Assembly: GCF_009914755.1 (NCBI RefSeq)
Contig: NC_060947.1
DNA length: 64,000 bases
From: the human T2T-CHM13v2.0 reference genome, Homo sapiens
Reading direction: 5' to 3' (one strand)
This document shows positions 1-12,600 of the stretch, piece by piece (the stretch's first letter is position 1; each line of letters begins with the position of its first letter). The notes beneath the pieces were generated by a model. That model did not search any database. It had not been told where the DNA came from and worked only from the letters and a program-made list of their open reading frames with translations. Made by a program: the position numbers and the translations under genes.

Positions 1-74
1 AAGCATACACTAAACCTTAAATCTCTTCAGTGTGTCCTTTATGTTAACCAAATCTATTAAAATAACAATTTTTA

Positions 75-368
<294 letters not shown>

Positions 369-386
369 GAGATTAAATTAAATTTC

Positions 387-680
387 AGCTGGGCGCAGTG
401 GCTCACATCTGTAATCCCAGCACTTTGAGAGGCCGAGGCAGGCAGATCACTTGAGGTCAGGAATTCGAGACCAGCCTGACACACATGGTAAAACCCTGTC
501 TCTACTAAATATACCAAAATTAGCCAGGTGTGGTGGTATACACCTGTAATCCCAGCTACTTGGGAGGCTGAGGCATGAGAATCATTTAAACCCGAGAGGC
601 AGAGCATACAGTGAGCCAAGTTTGCACCACTGCTCTCCAGCCTGGGTGACAGAGCAAGACTCAGTCTCAAGAAAAAAAAA
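387..680 (+). mobile_element. Alu SINE (AluS), tandem to previous Alu
   Basis: Dimeric Alu sequence ending in an A tail. Confidence 0.95.
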
Positions 681-681
681 T

Positions 682-1283
682 TATATAAATTTAGGAAGTA
701 CAAGTGCAGTGATGTTGCATGGGCATGTTGCATAGTGGTGGAGGAGGACTTTTAGTGCATCGATCACCTGAATAATCTACATTGCACCTATAAGTAATTT
801 CTCATCCCTCACACACAACCCTCCCATCTTTCCCGGTCTCCAGTGTCTATTATCCCACACTCTATGTCCATGTGTACACATTGTTTATCTCCTACTTATA
901 AGTGACAACATGCAGTATTTGACATTTTGTTTCTGAGTCATTTCACTAAGGATAACGCTCCTCATTCCATCCATGTTACTTCAAAAGACATGACTTCATT
1001 CTTCCTATGGCTGAAGAGTAGTTCATTGTGTATTATATATATCCCACAGTTTCTTTCTCTTCTCATCCACTGATGGACACTTAGGTTGGTTCCATGAATT
1101 TGCTTTTGTGAATGGTGCTGTGATAAACACACACGTGCAGGTATTTTTTGGTATGATTTTTTTTCCCCTTTGGGTAGTGGGATTGCTGGATCAAATGGTA
1201 CTTCTATGTTTAGTTCTTTGAGATGGCTCCACACTATTTTTTGTAGAGGTTGTACTAATTTACATTCCTACCAACAGCATATA
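682..1283 (-). mobile_element. L1 3' end fragment (L1PB4/L1MA-like)
   Basis: Antisense L1 3'UTR text (CTCCTACTTATAAGTGACAACATGCAGTATTTG; GGGATTGCTGGATCAAATGGTA); ORF 962..1234 contains the ORF2p C-terminal motif PFDPAIPL. Confidence 0.85.
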
Positions 1284-2726
1284 AGCTGACGTTCCTCCAG
1301 GGTGTGTGTTTTTATAAGCTAGAAAGGTAATTGTGTGTTTGCTGAAAGGCCTCCCCAGGAGAAATGGGCTTCCAACATCCACGGAAGCAGTAGGGTTTGT
1401 GTCTACACAAGTCAACGAGCCCTCTCTGGTGCTGCAGCTTGGACAGATTTAGGCATGAAGGGGCTGCTGTAATTTCCTTCAAGGTCAGAGTGTGAGTTGG
1501 AACAGAGTCAAGAATTTTCAGGGGGAAAGAATCATAAATCAACCCAGGTAATGGCTTTTGTCTTTCCACATAATTGGAAGGCAAACCCAGCACTCATGAT
1601 AAGCACTGTGTGGTTAGGGGACCCTCAGAGATGAGAAAAGCCAGATGACCGGGTTCTCTTCTGTCAATCCGAGTGAGTTTTCTTCATCTGTCTAAGGCTG
1701 GAGGCGTGTCTAAGCCCACAAGGATGAAGCCAACCTCACGACTCAGGAAAAGAGTGAACCCAAATCGATCATGCATGTTTGCAAGTCAAGAGATCCTGGC
1801 TCTAAAACGAGTTTTTTTAGTTACCTCAAAGACTGTGGGCATCAGATAAGCTCAGTATTGGGCAAATCATTATAAACATTTCTGGTACAGAAATCTAAGG
1901 AGCTAAAGTAGGTCATACCTTTATAGATATCTTGTTCCAAAATCACTTTATAGGGCCTGAATTAAGCTTGCTAGGAGGTCCCTATAATAGGCATGCAGTC
2001 CTGTGAATTTCCATCTCTGTTTTTCTCTTATGTTTTGCTGTGCGATCTTTGCTAAGTTTCTGTGCCTTCATTCTCTCTGTGTGTGTATGTGTGTGCATGT
2101 GTGAAATAGTTGTTCAATTTCATTTACTTCACAGAACTTTGTGGAAGGTTAATGAAACAAGTTGAAAGGCATCTGCTAAAATTCTGAAACAATGAGTTTT
2201 AAATGAGTGGATCACTCTTACTATTTTGTTACAAATCTGCTAGATGTGGGTCTACTGTGATAAAGTAAGAAGAGCTGGGACTCCATGAGCAATAATGTAT
2301 ACAATAAAATGTGTTTAGCAGATTAACTGTAGTGAATTTGGGATTGGCTGCTTGACCCAGGGAAGGAAAAGATACAGGTATCCCTCCTGCTGTCTTATGG
2401 GATGGGAAGGGACTATCTCATGGTAGGCCATAAATAACTATATAATGGAGGATCAATTTTACCAGGGCAGTTTTAGGGATTGGAAAGCTGCTGCTATAGA
2501 GAAATGGAAAGAAATGGAGGATGGAGAGATAGAAGGAATTAGAGGATTTTTTAAATCAGTACATTAAAGACCTTACAATGTGAAAAGGAAATGCTTTGTT
2601 CCTGAATCCAAGTGCCTATGTCAGTTATATAAGGAAACTGAGGCATCATTTTACTCTGTTACATTAGGTCTCTGAAACTGCTGAGTCTTCAGCTGAGACA
2701 GTTCTGAGTCCAAGTCACCATTTGCC

Positions 2727-3404
2727 AATGTTGATGATGATTGTGATGGTGATGATGATGATGCTGGTGATGGTGATAATGGTGGTGGTGGTGGTGATGC
2801 TACTGATGATGATGGTGGTGGTTATGGTGATGATGCTGATGATAGTCATGGTGATGGTGGTGATGATGATGATGGTGATGATAGTGCTGGTGGTGATGGT
2901 GATGATGGTGATAATGATGGTGGTGATGGTGATGATGATGGTGATGATAGTGCTGGTGGTGATGGTGATGATGATGTTGATGACAGTGATGATGATGATG
3001 GTGATGACAATGATGTTGATGACAGTGATGATGATGATGGTGATGACGATGATGTTGATGACAGTGATGATGATGATGGTGATGACGATGATGGTGATAA
3101 CAGTGGTGATGATGATGATGGTGGTAGTGATGATGATGGTGGTGATGATGATGGTGATGATGATGATGGTGGTGGTGATGGTGGTGATGATAGTAATGGT
3201 GATGATGGTGGTGGTGATGGTGATGATGGTGATGATGGTAATGGTGGTGGTGATAATGATGATGGTGATAGTAATGATAATGATGATAATGTGATAATGA
3301 TGGTGGTGATAATGATGGTGATGATGGTGATGGTGATGGTGATGATGGTGAGTTATGATGGTGATGGCAATGGTGATGGTGGCCATGATGATGATAATGA
3401 TGAT
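2727..3404. repeat. Compound (GAT)n/(GGT)n trinucleotide tract
   Basis: About 680 bp of GAT/GGT triplets, with an internal 39-nt unit repeated about 3 times near 2970-3100. Confidence 0.95.
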
Positions 3405-3591
3405 TGGTAGGGTCGGCTTGTCACTTGTTTAGTTTCCACGTCTGAAAAAGGGAGTCTGGATCTGATTCTTCTAATGATTGGCCTCCCATCCTCCTGTCTT
3501 GCTCATCTTCAGGGTCCCTGGAGAATCATTCTGCCCCAGTGGCCACTGCTTGACAGATTCCACATGGGCCAGGCTTGTTTTAATGCTAAGG

Positions 3592-4186
3592 CCTGAAGGA
3601 AATCAAAATATTTTACACCAAAATATACTTCTTTGACATATTTTGGGATGGCAGTCAGAGGGACAGCAAACAGAAGCAGCCCTGCAAAGCTGTATTTAGT
3701 GGGGAGATTTGCACCTGTAGAGAATCAGCATTGATGTAAACAGGCCTTTTCTGAGGACTTACCTTGTCTGGGCCTGAAAAAGATGAACTGAGACTCTAAT
3801 ACTCTCAAGTCGCAATGAAACATTTGCCATTTATTCTCTCTTGGGGCTGTTACCTGTGATTTTTTCATCTACATAACATGATCCTCTTTGCTAGCCAGAC
3901 CTCCTCTTCTCCCTCTCCCATAACCTGCCTGGCCATCATAACCTGATTCACCACTATAACCGGTTTTTGACCATGATCTGAGTCCCCCTTCTTTCTGTAA
4001 CCTCAAGATGGTGTGTAAGCTTCTACACTTCATTGGGAAATTGGGGTCATCACTCTGTGATTCTCCTCCATGTGTCCATGTGTAAGTTAATATATTTGTA
4101 TGCCTTTGCTCCTATTCATCCACCCTTTGTTGATTTTTCAGTGAACCTTCAGAGGGCAAAGGAGACTTTTTCCCTTGGCCCCTACA
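3592..4186 (+). mobile_element. ERV1 solo LTR, MER34/MER39 family
   Basis: AAAATATTTTACACCAAAATATACTTCTTTGACATATTTTG near the 5' end and the typical terminus TCAGTGAACCTTCAGAGGGCAAAG...CCTTGGCCCCTACA. Confidence 0.7.
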
Positions 4187-4654
4187 GGCTCCAGCCAGGG
4201 AGAGGCCCTGGGCTCTTCCCAATGCCTCCTGACTCAGATGTCGCACCAAGCCTTGGATCGTGAATCTTATTTTCCCAATGGTTCCTGGAGGAACCTGGGG
4301 ATGCTACTCAAAGGATGGACTTAACTGGCCACAGGGCAACCTTTGGCCAAATGGCTCAGGAGATGGAAGGAAATTGGTGGGAAAAACTCTACTTTCCACC
4401 CCCATTTGTTGGAACATCGCAGGTGCACCGTGATTCCAAAGGGTCTTCTCAAGAGACAACACAGTCAGCTGAATTATCTACAAAGCCAGGGACAGATCAG
4501 GGCGCCCTCCCTCCCACTGGCTTTCTTGCCTTCTTTCCCAGCACTTTCCCCTCTTCCTTTATTCCTGTTTCCCTGAGATCAAAATCTCCACCACTTCCCC
4601 AAGGGTACTGTTTTCTAGAGAGGCCAGGCAGTGGCACAAATGAATAGTGGCCAC

Positions 4655-4732
4655 TATCATAGGTCATAAGGATTAATTGAGATAATATACACATAGTGCT
4701 TCTCACTATGTCTAATCCATTGTAGGTTCTCC
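4655..4732 (+). mobile_element. MIR 3' fragment
   Basis: AGGATTAATTGAGATAATATACACATAGTGCTT resembles the MIR tail. Confidence 0.45.
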
Positions 4733-5977
4733 GGATCTTCGAGGCCATCAGAAGGATCTAGAATCTGTGTCTGGGAATCGTTTTGGCTTTTGCGAGTTGT
4801 TTTGCATCATCTTATTATGTTCTAACAGCAGCAAACAGTTAATAGAGCTGACCACTGAGGGAAGGTTGTTACATGAACCACCTTGAACAGACAAAAATGA
4901 TCTCCTGAGAATTCTATTCTAGCTACCTGAACAAGATGCACCAGGTAGGAAAAAAGATATGCAGGGAAGTACCTGAGGTGTTCAAGTGCATCCATGTTCA
5001 ACTTGATGGTTTGATAATTTTAGCTCAGACCAACACAGGTCATATGGTATCCATGAACATCATCCTGGAAGGAACTTGAAAAGCAGAAGGGCCGTGACTA
5101 GCATACTTTTTTAAGCTATTTGAAAGAGCTGATGGTAAACCATGTAGGTCTTGGCCAATAGACCAGGGTGGACAAAACCTCTTTATAGACAACGAGGCTC
5201 ATGGTTCAGAACAAGGACTCCATGAGTCATTACAGAAGAGAAATTGGATGACACTGAAATAGTCTATTGATAGTAGCTGGGAGGGTCCCCACCACAGCAT
5301 ACGAAATGCTGTGGGCTTCACTCCCACTCACTTCCAGGAATGTGTCTACTCTTGGAAGAGAGAAAAGAATAAAAGCCAGGAAGAGGAAGGAGGCCATATT
5401 TCATGTCCTGGAATCACTCAACACTGTGAACATTAATCCATGAAGTAAAACAAAACAGTACAAAAGATGACCATATTCCTGTAGTTTAAAAATGTGTCTG
5501 AGCCATTGAGTAAATGCTTTTGATCAAAATTTTAGTCATTTGCCAATTGCTGACTAATCTGATGAAAATGAAGCATTCTGAAGGAACATGCATAATCTAA
5601 AAAACAGTAGTATTGAAAAGAATCAAGACTATTCTTACCTTAATTTTTAAAAAGTATTAAAAATTATTTGAGAGGCGATGGAAAGATGGTCTTTGTATAT
5701 TTATCTTGAAACTGCTACATTTGCAAACAAATCCTTTAGGCTCAAGGAAATAATAATAAAGCATTAAAAGCAATTCAATACCAGTCCCAAATTAAACTCA
5801 CTTTAAGAGATATCAGTTAGGAATACAAATGCATCTGTTGTAGGAAAATTAATTCAGCACCATTTGCTTAGCAAAAGATGTGATTGGCCCTAAACTGAAA
5901 TTATTTTAAAAAAATGTATTTTAAGACACAAATCTCTTTAAGTGCTTTGATGAATAAGAAATTTCGCAAAAGAATTG

Positions 5978-6349
5978 TGATATGGTTTGGCTGTGTCCCC
6001 ACCCAAATCTCATCTTGAATTGTAGCTCCTACAATTCCCACATGTCGTGGAAGGGACCCGGTGGGAAGTAACTGGATCATAGGCACGGGTCTTTCCCATG
6101 CTGCTCTCATGATAGTGAATAAGTCTCACAAGATCTGATGGGTTTATAAAGAGGAGTTCCCCAGCACAAGTCCTCTCTCTTTTGCCCGTCACCATGTAAG
6201 AAGTCCCTTTGCTCTTCCTTCATTTTCTGCCATGATTGTGAGGCCTCCTCAGCCATGTGAAACTGTAAGTCCATTGGACATCTTTTTTCTTTATAAATTA
6301 CCCACTCTTGGGTATGCCTTTATTAGCAGCATGAGAACGGACTAATACA
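5978..6349 (+). mobile_element. THE1 (MaLR) solo LTR, THE1C-like
   Basis: TGATATGGTTTGGCTGTGTCCCCACCCAAATCTCATCTTGAATTGTAGCTCC start and GGACTAATACA end. Confidence 0.93.
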
Positions 6350-6784
6350 AAATCATTCTACTCTAGGCTAAAGCTTCAATAATTGTTTAAGTCTAACATG
6401 AGAAGGCAGGACCAACAAGCCAAGTGATTTAGGAGAGGTCCACATTCTTCTTTCCATTTGGAGAGAAATGTAGTAATAACCACCCCAAGCGAGTGCTGGG
6501 CATGGGTCAGGCTGGGGTTAATTGCATCACAGCAAGTACCACTTATTCTCATAGCCATTGGCAAGATGGGTATAGAGTTCCTGCTTTTCAGTTGATAAAA
6601 CTTAACCATGAATGGGATACGTAAGTGTTCAAGATATGTGGCATCTCATAAGAAGCCAATGTATGCAAATGCACATAGCAGGGAAAGATTATATTCTCCC
6701 GGAATCTGAAAATGTAGTCCCAAGTATCCCCTTGATCTGTGCCAGTGTAGGTATCCTTGAAGTTTCACCTTATCTTTTATTGAT

Positions 6785-6960
6785 ACTTATTTTATTTTAG
6801 ATTCAGGGGGTACATGTGTAAGTTTCTGACCTGGGTATATTGCATGATGCTGAGGCTGGGGCTCCTAATGAACCTGTCATCCAGGTAGTGAGCCTGGTAC
6901 CCAATAAATACATTTTCAACCCTTCTTCTCCTCTCTCCCTTCCTGCTTTTGGAATCCCCA
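6785..6960 (-). mobile_element. L1PA15/16-like 3' terminal fragment
   Basis: TTTATTTTAGATTCAGGGGGTACATGTG...GGGTATATTGCATGATGCTGAGG. Confidence 0.8.
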
Positions 6961-6961
6961 A

Positions 6962-7120
6962 GGAGATTCTCGCTAAGGAGAGAGGACTTAGGAGGAACCA
7001 GCGCTTCCCACACCTTCATCTCAGACTTCCAGCCTCCAGGACAGTGGGGAAATAAATTTCTGTTGTTCAAGCCACCCAGTCTGTGGCTCTTTGTCATGGC
7101 AGCCCTAGGAGATGAATACA
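6962..7120 (+). mobile_element. MLT1 (MLT1C-like) LTR 3' fragment
   Basis: GACTTCCAGCCTCCAG...AATAAATTTCTGTTGTTCAAGCCACCCAGTCTGTGG...GCAGCCCTAGGAGATGAATACA. Confidence 0.8.
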
Positions 7121-7175
7121 GCCCCCTTATAAACAGCAACTTCCTGTGCATCCTGCTTAAATTTCCACCAACCCT

Positions 7176-7177
<2 letters not shown>

Positions 7178-7209
<32 letters not shown>
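7178..7209. repeat. (CA)n microsatellite
   Basis: Perfect CA run. Confidence 0.95.
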
Positions 7210-7211
<2 letters not shown>

Positions 7212-7552
7212 CTAATGGAAGGGGCTGTTAATGCATTTTTGGCTCAATATTTAACTTTCAGGACACATATACTTGGCCAACTTCAACACCACCCAGGACT
7301 CTTCATTCCTGTGCAACAGGCTATGGTCCCATGATTCTCACCTTCTCCAAATCCCTCTGGGTAGGAAGAATTCTCTCACCATCTTCCACTCAGTTTTCTC
7401 CTTGAAGTTCCCAAAATATCCTTGACTTCTTGGCCCTGCTTGTCTCTCAGGGGAGAAAAAGTTGGTCACCGCCAAAGAAAACAGCCTTGGTAGGACTTCC
7501 TGACAACGCCTTCAAGTGCGTTTTCATTCTACAACTATTCAATCATCAGCTA

Positions 7553-7953
<401 letters not shown>

Positions 7954-8262
7954 GTAATGTATCTTCTCCCTGGGGGGAGGGGGGGAAATGCATGTATGTG
8001 TGTGTGCGTGCGTATCTGCGCACACGTATTCAGTTAGAAGACAAGCATAGACCCATTGTAGGGGAAGGAGAATACCACTCAAACCTGGGAGGAGTCATCT
8101 GTAGTGTAGTGTACTGTGTTACCTTGTGTTATCTTGTACATTGCATTATATTTTGCATGTTATTGTATTGCATTGAATTGTTAAAGCTTAATATTGTCCT
8201 TGACATGTGGAAGAAAAAGAAATAGGTGGATTTAACTCTGTCTCTGTCTTTCACTCACACAG

Positions 8263-8263
8263 G

Positions 8264-8300
<37 letters not shown>

Positions 8301-8302
8301 AC
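8263..8302. repeat. (GC)4(AC)n alternating purine-pyrimidine tract
   Basis: GCGCGCGC directly followed by an AC run. Confidence 0.9.
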
Positions 8303-8638
8303 GTAATGAACACTCAATTGTTCTATAACACTTGTTTGGAAAACACAAATGGGTTCCAATGCAATTGACATATGAGGGCACACTTGAACATACTGCACAT
8401 TTTGCACTGGATTTTGCATAACTTTCTCCACACACAAAAAAGTAAGACAACATCAACAAAACCACAGGTGAGCAAAGAGAATTGCATTACCAGAAAACTT
8501 CACCTGAATAAAGAAAAAGCACACATTTCCACACCTCAAACATATACCCACTTCCTCAGTTTACAGGTGTCTTAGGAGCAGCATGCACCCATTCCTGACC
8601 AGGGTGAAAACTGCCCATCCATTTTTAGACAACCTGCC

Positions 8639-8999
8639 TGTTTTACTGCATTCAGGCTGCTATAACAAAATACCACAGTCTGAGTGGTTTAAACAACAGA
8701 CGTTTATTGGTCACAGTTCTGCAGGCTGGAAGTTCAAGATCAAGTTGTGGCAGATTCAGTGTCTGGGGAGGATTGGCTTTTTGGTTCATAGATGGTGCTT
8801 TCTTGCTGTGTCCCCACATGGTGGAAGGGACAAGGGAGCTCTCTGGGTCTCTTTTATAAGGGCGTTAATCCCATCCATAAGGCTTCACCCTCACGACCTC
8901 ATCACTTCCCAAAGATCCCACCTCCTAACACCAGCACCTTGGGGGTGAGGGTTTCAATGCAGGAATTTTGGGGGTGATACAAACGTTTAGACCATAGCA
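8639..8999 (-). mobile_element. MLT1A/MLT1A0 solo LTR
   Basis: TTCAGGCTGCTATAACAAAATACCACAG...GGGAGCTCTCTGGG...AAACGTTTAGACCATAGCA. Confidence 0.88.
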
Positions 9000-9179
9000 C
9001 TGCCTTCCTCAACTTTACAATATCTCCCAAGTGGCTACACTTCTGAGGCCCATGTGCACCAGCCAATATCAGGTCTTTTTCTGGGTAAGGTCTGCTGACA
9101 TATATTGTAAAGTTTACATATGCCTTAACAAATAAGCACATGCAAAACTGTTACCATTTTAACAGTCTTTTATCTCCTT

Positions 9180-9490
9180 GTTTATTTATTTATTCTTTTT
9201 TTTTTCTTTTTCTTTTTGAGAGAGGGTCTTGCTCCGTCACCCAGACTGAAGTGCAGTGGTGTGATCTCAGCTCACTGCAGCTTTGACCTACCGGGCTCAG
9301 GCGATCCTCCCACCTCTGCCTCCTGAGTAGTTGAGACTACAGGTGCGCCCCAATATGCCTGGCTAATTTCATGTATTTTTTGTAGAGACAGGGTTTTGCT
9401 ATGTTGCCCAGGCTGGTCTCAAACTCCTGGGTTCAAGAGATCAACTTGCCTCAGCCTCCCAAAGTGCTGGGATGCCACTGCACTGGACCC
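9180..9490 (-). mobile_element. Alu SINE (AluJ)
   Basis: Poly(T) followed by antisense Alu with J-type CACTGCAGCTTTGACC...GGGCTCAGGCGATCCTCCCACC; small deletion near the Alu 5' end. Confidence 0.9.
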
Positions 9491-9904
9491 TATTTATTCA
9501 TTTTTAATTGACAAATTGTATATTCTTTGCATCAGTGATAACATCTTTGAGGGCTGCTCCACACCACGGTTTTTCCATAAGCCCTGTGGTTATTACTGAG
9601 TGTTTTTTGCATAGCACAGTGATTTAGGGGAACACATCTGTCCCCTTAATGCAGAATGGACTATAATTAATGAGGGAAGAAAAAGAGTGGGATTGAGTTT
9701 CTAGATCCATCTTGCAGACGCAGCTGTGGTTCTTCCGCCATGACCTTAACGAGGAAAGAGAACAAGTACTGACTGAGTTCTCTAGTTCCCTTTCAGATTG
9801 TGTGGGCCCTCGAGCTGTTCTCCTCAGAACCAGGGCTGAGTATGTCTAAGAATGTTTGGGAAGATGATTTAAAGCAGGTGCCCTCAATCAGGTATGGTTT
9901 ATTT

Positions 9905-10248
9905 ATTTTATTTCAATAAGTATTGGGGAGCAGGTGGTGTTTGGTTACATGGATAAGTTCTTTAGTGGTGATTTCTGAGATTTTGGTGCACCCATCACCC
10001 GAGCAGTGTCCACTCTACCCAATGTGCCGTCTTTGATCCCTCACCCCACTCCCACACTTTCCCCTGAGTCACCAAAGTCCATTGTATCATTCCTATGCTT
10101 TTGCATTCTCATAGCTTAGCTCCCACTTATGAGCGAGAACATATGATCTTTGGTTTTCCATTCCTGAGTTACTTCACTTAGAATAATGGTCTCCAATTCC
10201 ATCTAGGTTGCTGCAAATGCCATTATGACTGAGTAGTATTCCATGGTG

Positions 10249-10286
<38 letters not shown>

Positions 10287-10500
10287 ACATTTTCTTTATC
10301 CACCTGTTGATTGATGGGCATTTGGGCTGGTTCCATATTTTTGCAATTGCAAATTATGCTGCTATAAACATGCGTGGGCAAGTCTTTTTCATACAATGCC
10401 TTCTTTTCCTCTGGGTAGATACCCAGGAGTGGGATTGCTGGATCAAATGGTATATCTACTTTTAGTTGTTTAAGGAATCTCCACATTGTTTTCCATAGTG
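9905..10500 (-). mobile_element. L1PB (L1PB1/2-like) 3' fragment containing (TCTA)n at ~10248-10286
   Basis: TTTGGTTACATGGATAAGTTCTTTAGTGGTGATTTCTGAGATTTTGGTGCACCCATCACCCGAGCAG; ORF 10274..10486 ([24 protein letters not shown]) matches the L1 ORF2p C-terminus. Confidence 0.9.
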
Positions 10501-11810
10501 GGTGTAGTTCATTTAAAGCTGGTGGGAAAAATGAGGTGTGATCTAGTTACAGCATGCGGCGTCAATCAGGTGTCGCTTATTTAGAGCATTGGGGTCAATT
10601 AGATGTGGTCTATTTAAAAGAGGTGTGGTTCCAAGAAAATCAGATAAATCAGATGTGGTCAATTTAAAGCAGGTAGACTTCATCAGTTGTGGTTGATTTA
10701 CAGCATGTGGGGGTCAATTGGGTGTGGCCTTTAAAGCAGGTGTGTACCAATCAGGCATGGTCTATTTAAAGCAGGTGGAATTGATCAGGTGTGGTTTATT
10801 TAGAGCATGTAGAGTCAGTCATGTATGGATGATTTAAAGCAGGTGGGATAAAGCAGATGTGGTCTGTTTAAAGCAGTGGGATTGATCAGATGTGTCTACA
10901 TAAAGCAGCCAGGGTCAATCAGGTGTGGTGTATTTAAAGCAGGTGCAATCATTGAGATGTGGTCTATTCAAAGCAGGCAGGGTTGATCAGAGATGGTGTA
11001 TTTAAAGCAGGTGGGATTAATCAGGTGTGGTTTATGTAGCGTTTATGTAGAGTCAATCAGGTATGGATGGTTTAAAGTAGATGAGATAAAGCAGGCGTGG
11101 TCTATTTAAAGCAGTTGAGATAAAGCAGGCGTGGTCTATTTAAAGCAGTTGAGATAAAGCAGGCGTGGTCTATTTAAAGCAGTGGGATTGATCAGATGTG
11201 TCTGCATAAAGCAGGCAGGATCAATCAGGTACGGCATATTGGTGGAATCACTGAGATGCGGGCTATTCAAAGCAGGCAGGGTCAATCAGGTGCGGTCTAT
11301 TTAAAGCAGATGGGATTGATCAGGTGTGGTTTATTTAGAGCATGTAGAGTCAATCAAGTGTGGTGTATTTAAAGCAGGTGGGATAAAGCAGGTGTGGTGT
11401 ACATTAAGCAGGCAGGGTCAATCAGGGATGGTCTATTTAAAGCAGGTGGGATTGATCAGGCGTGGTTTATGTAGAACATGTAGTCAATCAGGTATGGGTG
11501 ATTTAACGCAGGTGTGGTCTACATTAAGCAGGCAAGGTCAATTAGGTATGCTCTATTTAAAGAAGGTGAGATATAGCAGGCATGGTCTATTTAAAGCAGG
11601 GGAAATAAAGCAGGTGTGGTCTGTTTAAAGTAGTGGGATTGATCAGATATGTCTACATAAAGCAGGCAGGGTCAATCAGGTGCGGTGTATTTAAAGCAGG
11701 CGGAATCGCTGCGTTGTGGCCTATTCAAAGCAGGCAGGGTCAATCAGGTGTGGTCTATTTTAAGCAGGTGGGATTAAACAGGTGTGGTCAATTTAGAGCA
11801 GATAGGTTCA
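10501..11810. repeat. Diverged 34-bp tandem array (~38 monomers), consensus about TCTATTTAAAGCAGGTGGGATTGATCAGGTGTGG; one more monomer at ~9864-9904
   Basis: Recurrent TATTTAAAGCAG and ATCAGGTGTGG at a ~34-bp period; three identical 34-mers at 11082-11183. Confidence 0.9.
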
Positions 11811-12239
11811 TAGAGAGATTTCTGGCCCAGAAACAGGGATGAGGTGTATCCTGTTCCCAGCTCTGCATAATTGATAAAAATCCATCCAATCTCTAGACAG
11901 CACAGATCTGTCCGTACTCCTAGAAGATTTGATGCAGTGGCCTACACAAAATACACAGGCCCCAGTTGAGCTCTGAAATTCTCTTCTCTCCAGAGCTCCT
12001 CCTCATCCTAAATCCACTTCTGCTCAGACCTTGGTCTCCAAACCCGAGATCTCTCTTCTCCTTCCATGCAAATAACTATTTTTTGTTTTCGGAAAAGGAA
12101 ATACTTGAATACGCTGTTGTGGCGGTGGCTGCTCTTCTACAGGCACACGATTTCTTCTTCATGAAGACCTCTCCCTGTGAATGTGTGAAGCTGATTTCAG
12201 ATGAGCGCAGAGTGTGTTTAATTAAGGTGCTTCCTTTCC

Positions 12240-12600
12240 CGGCCAGCGTGCGGGACCCAGGAGCCATGTGCGGTAGCTCGCTGGCCGGGCTCTCATCTCC
12301 CTCCCAAGCAGAGGGCGGTGGACACCAAGCAGTGGGATGTCCGCAGCCAGGAAAGCTTGGGGAAAAGGCTCTGTCTACTGCCAGGGACGAGGCTTCCTGC
12401 CGGAGTCTCAACGGACTGTGGACGCCACATGGGAGACGGACCACGGTGGCGCGTGGTAGCATCACGGCCGCTTTCCACGCTGCGGCTTGGAGTGGTCCTT
12501 GTTTAGATTCCTTTAGGGAGGTTCCGGAAGGAGCTGGACGCTAAAGTGCGGTTGTGTGTCCAGTAGGCTTGCTGGACGATGGTGTGGACGGTCATAGAAG
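12240..12600. promoter_or_regulatory. Small CpG-rich, non-repeat segment (weak CpG-island candidate)
   Basis: About 25 CpG in 360 bp by manual count, in an otherwise CpG-depleted window; GGGCGG box and TTCCGGAAG ETS-type site. Confidence 0.4.

Noticed and set aside
2715-3386. 223-aa His/Ile/Thr ORF and 190-aa Met/Val ORF
   Set aside because: By-products of the GAT/GGT repeat, with no promoter, splice or homology support.
4860-5260. Possible CR1/L3 remnant or processed pseudogene
   Set aside because: Only a faint resemblance; cannot be supported without an alignment.
10501-11810. CRISPR-like appearance of the 34-bp array
   Set aside because: Monomers are contiguous with no unique spacers, there are no cas genes, and the context is primate genomic DNA.
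11966-12544. 192-aa ORF over the CpG-rich segment
   Set aside because: Non-ATG start, no recognisable domain, and GC-rich DNA commonly lacks stop codons.
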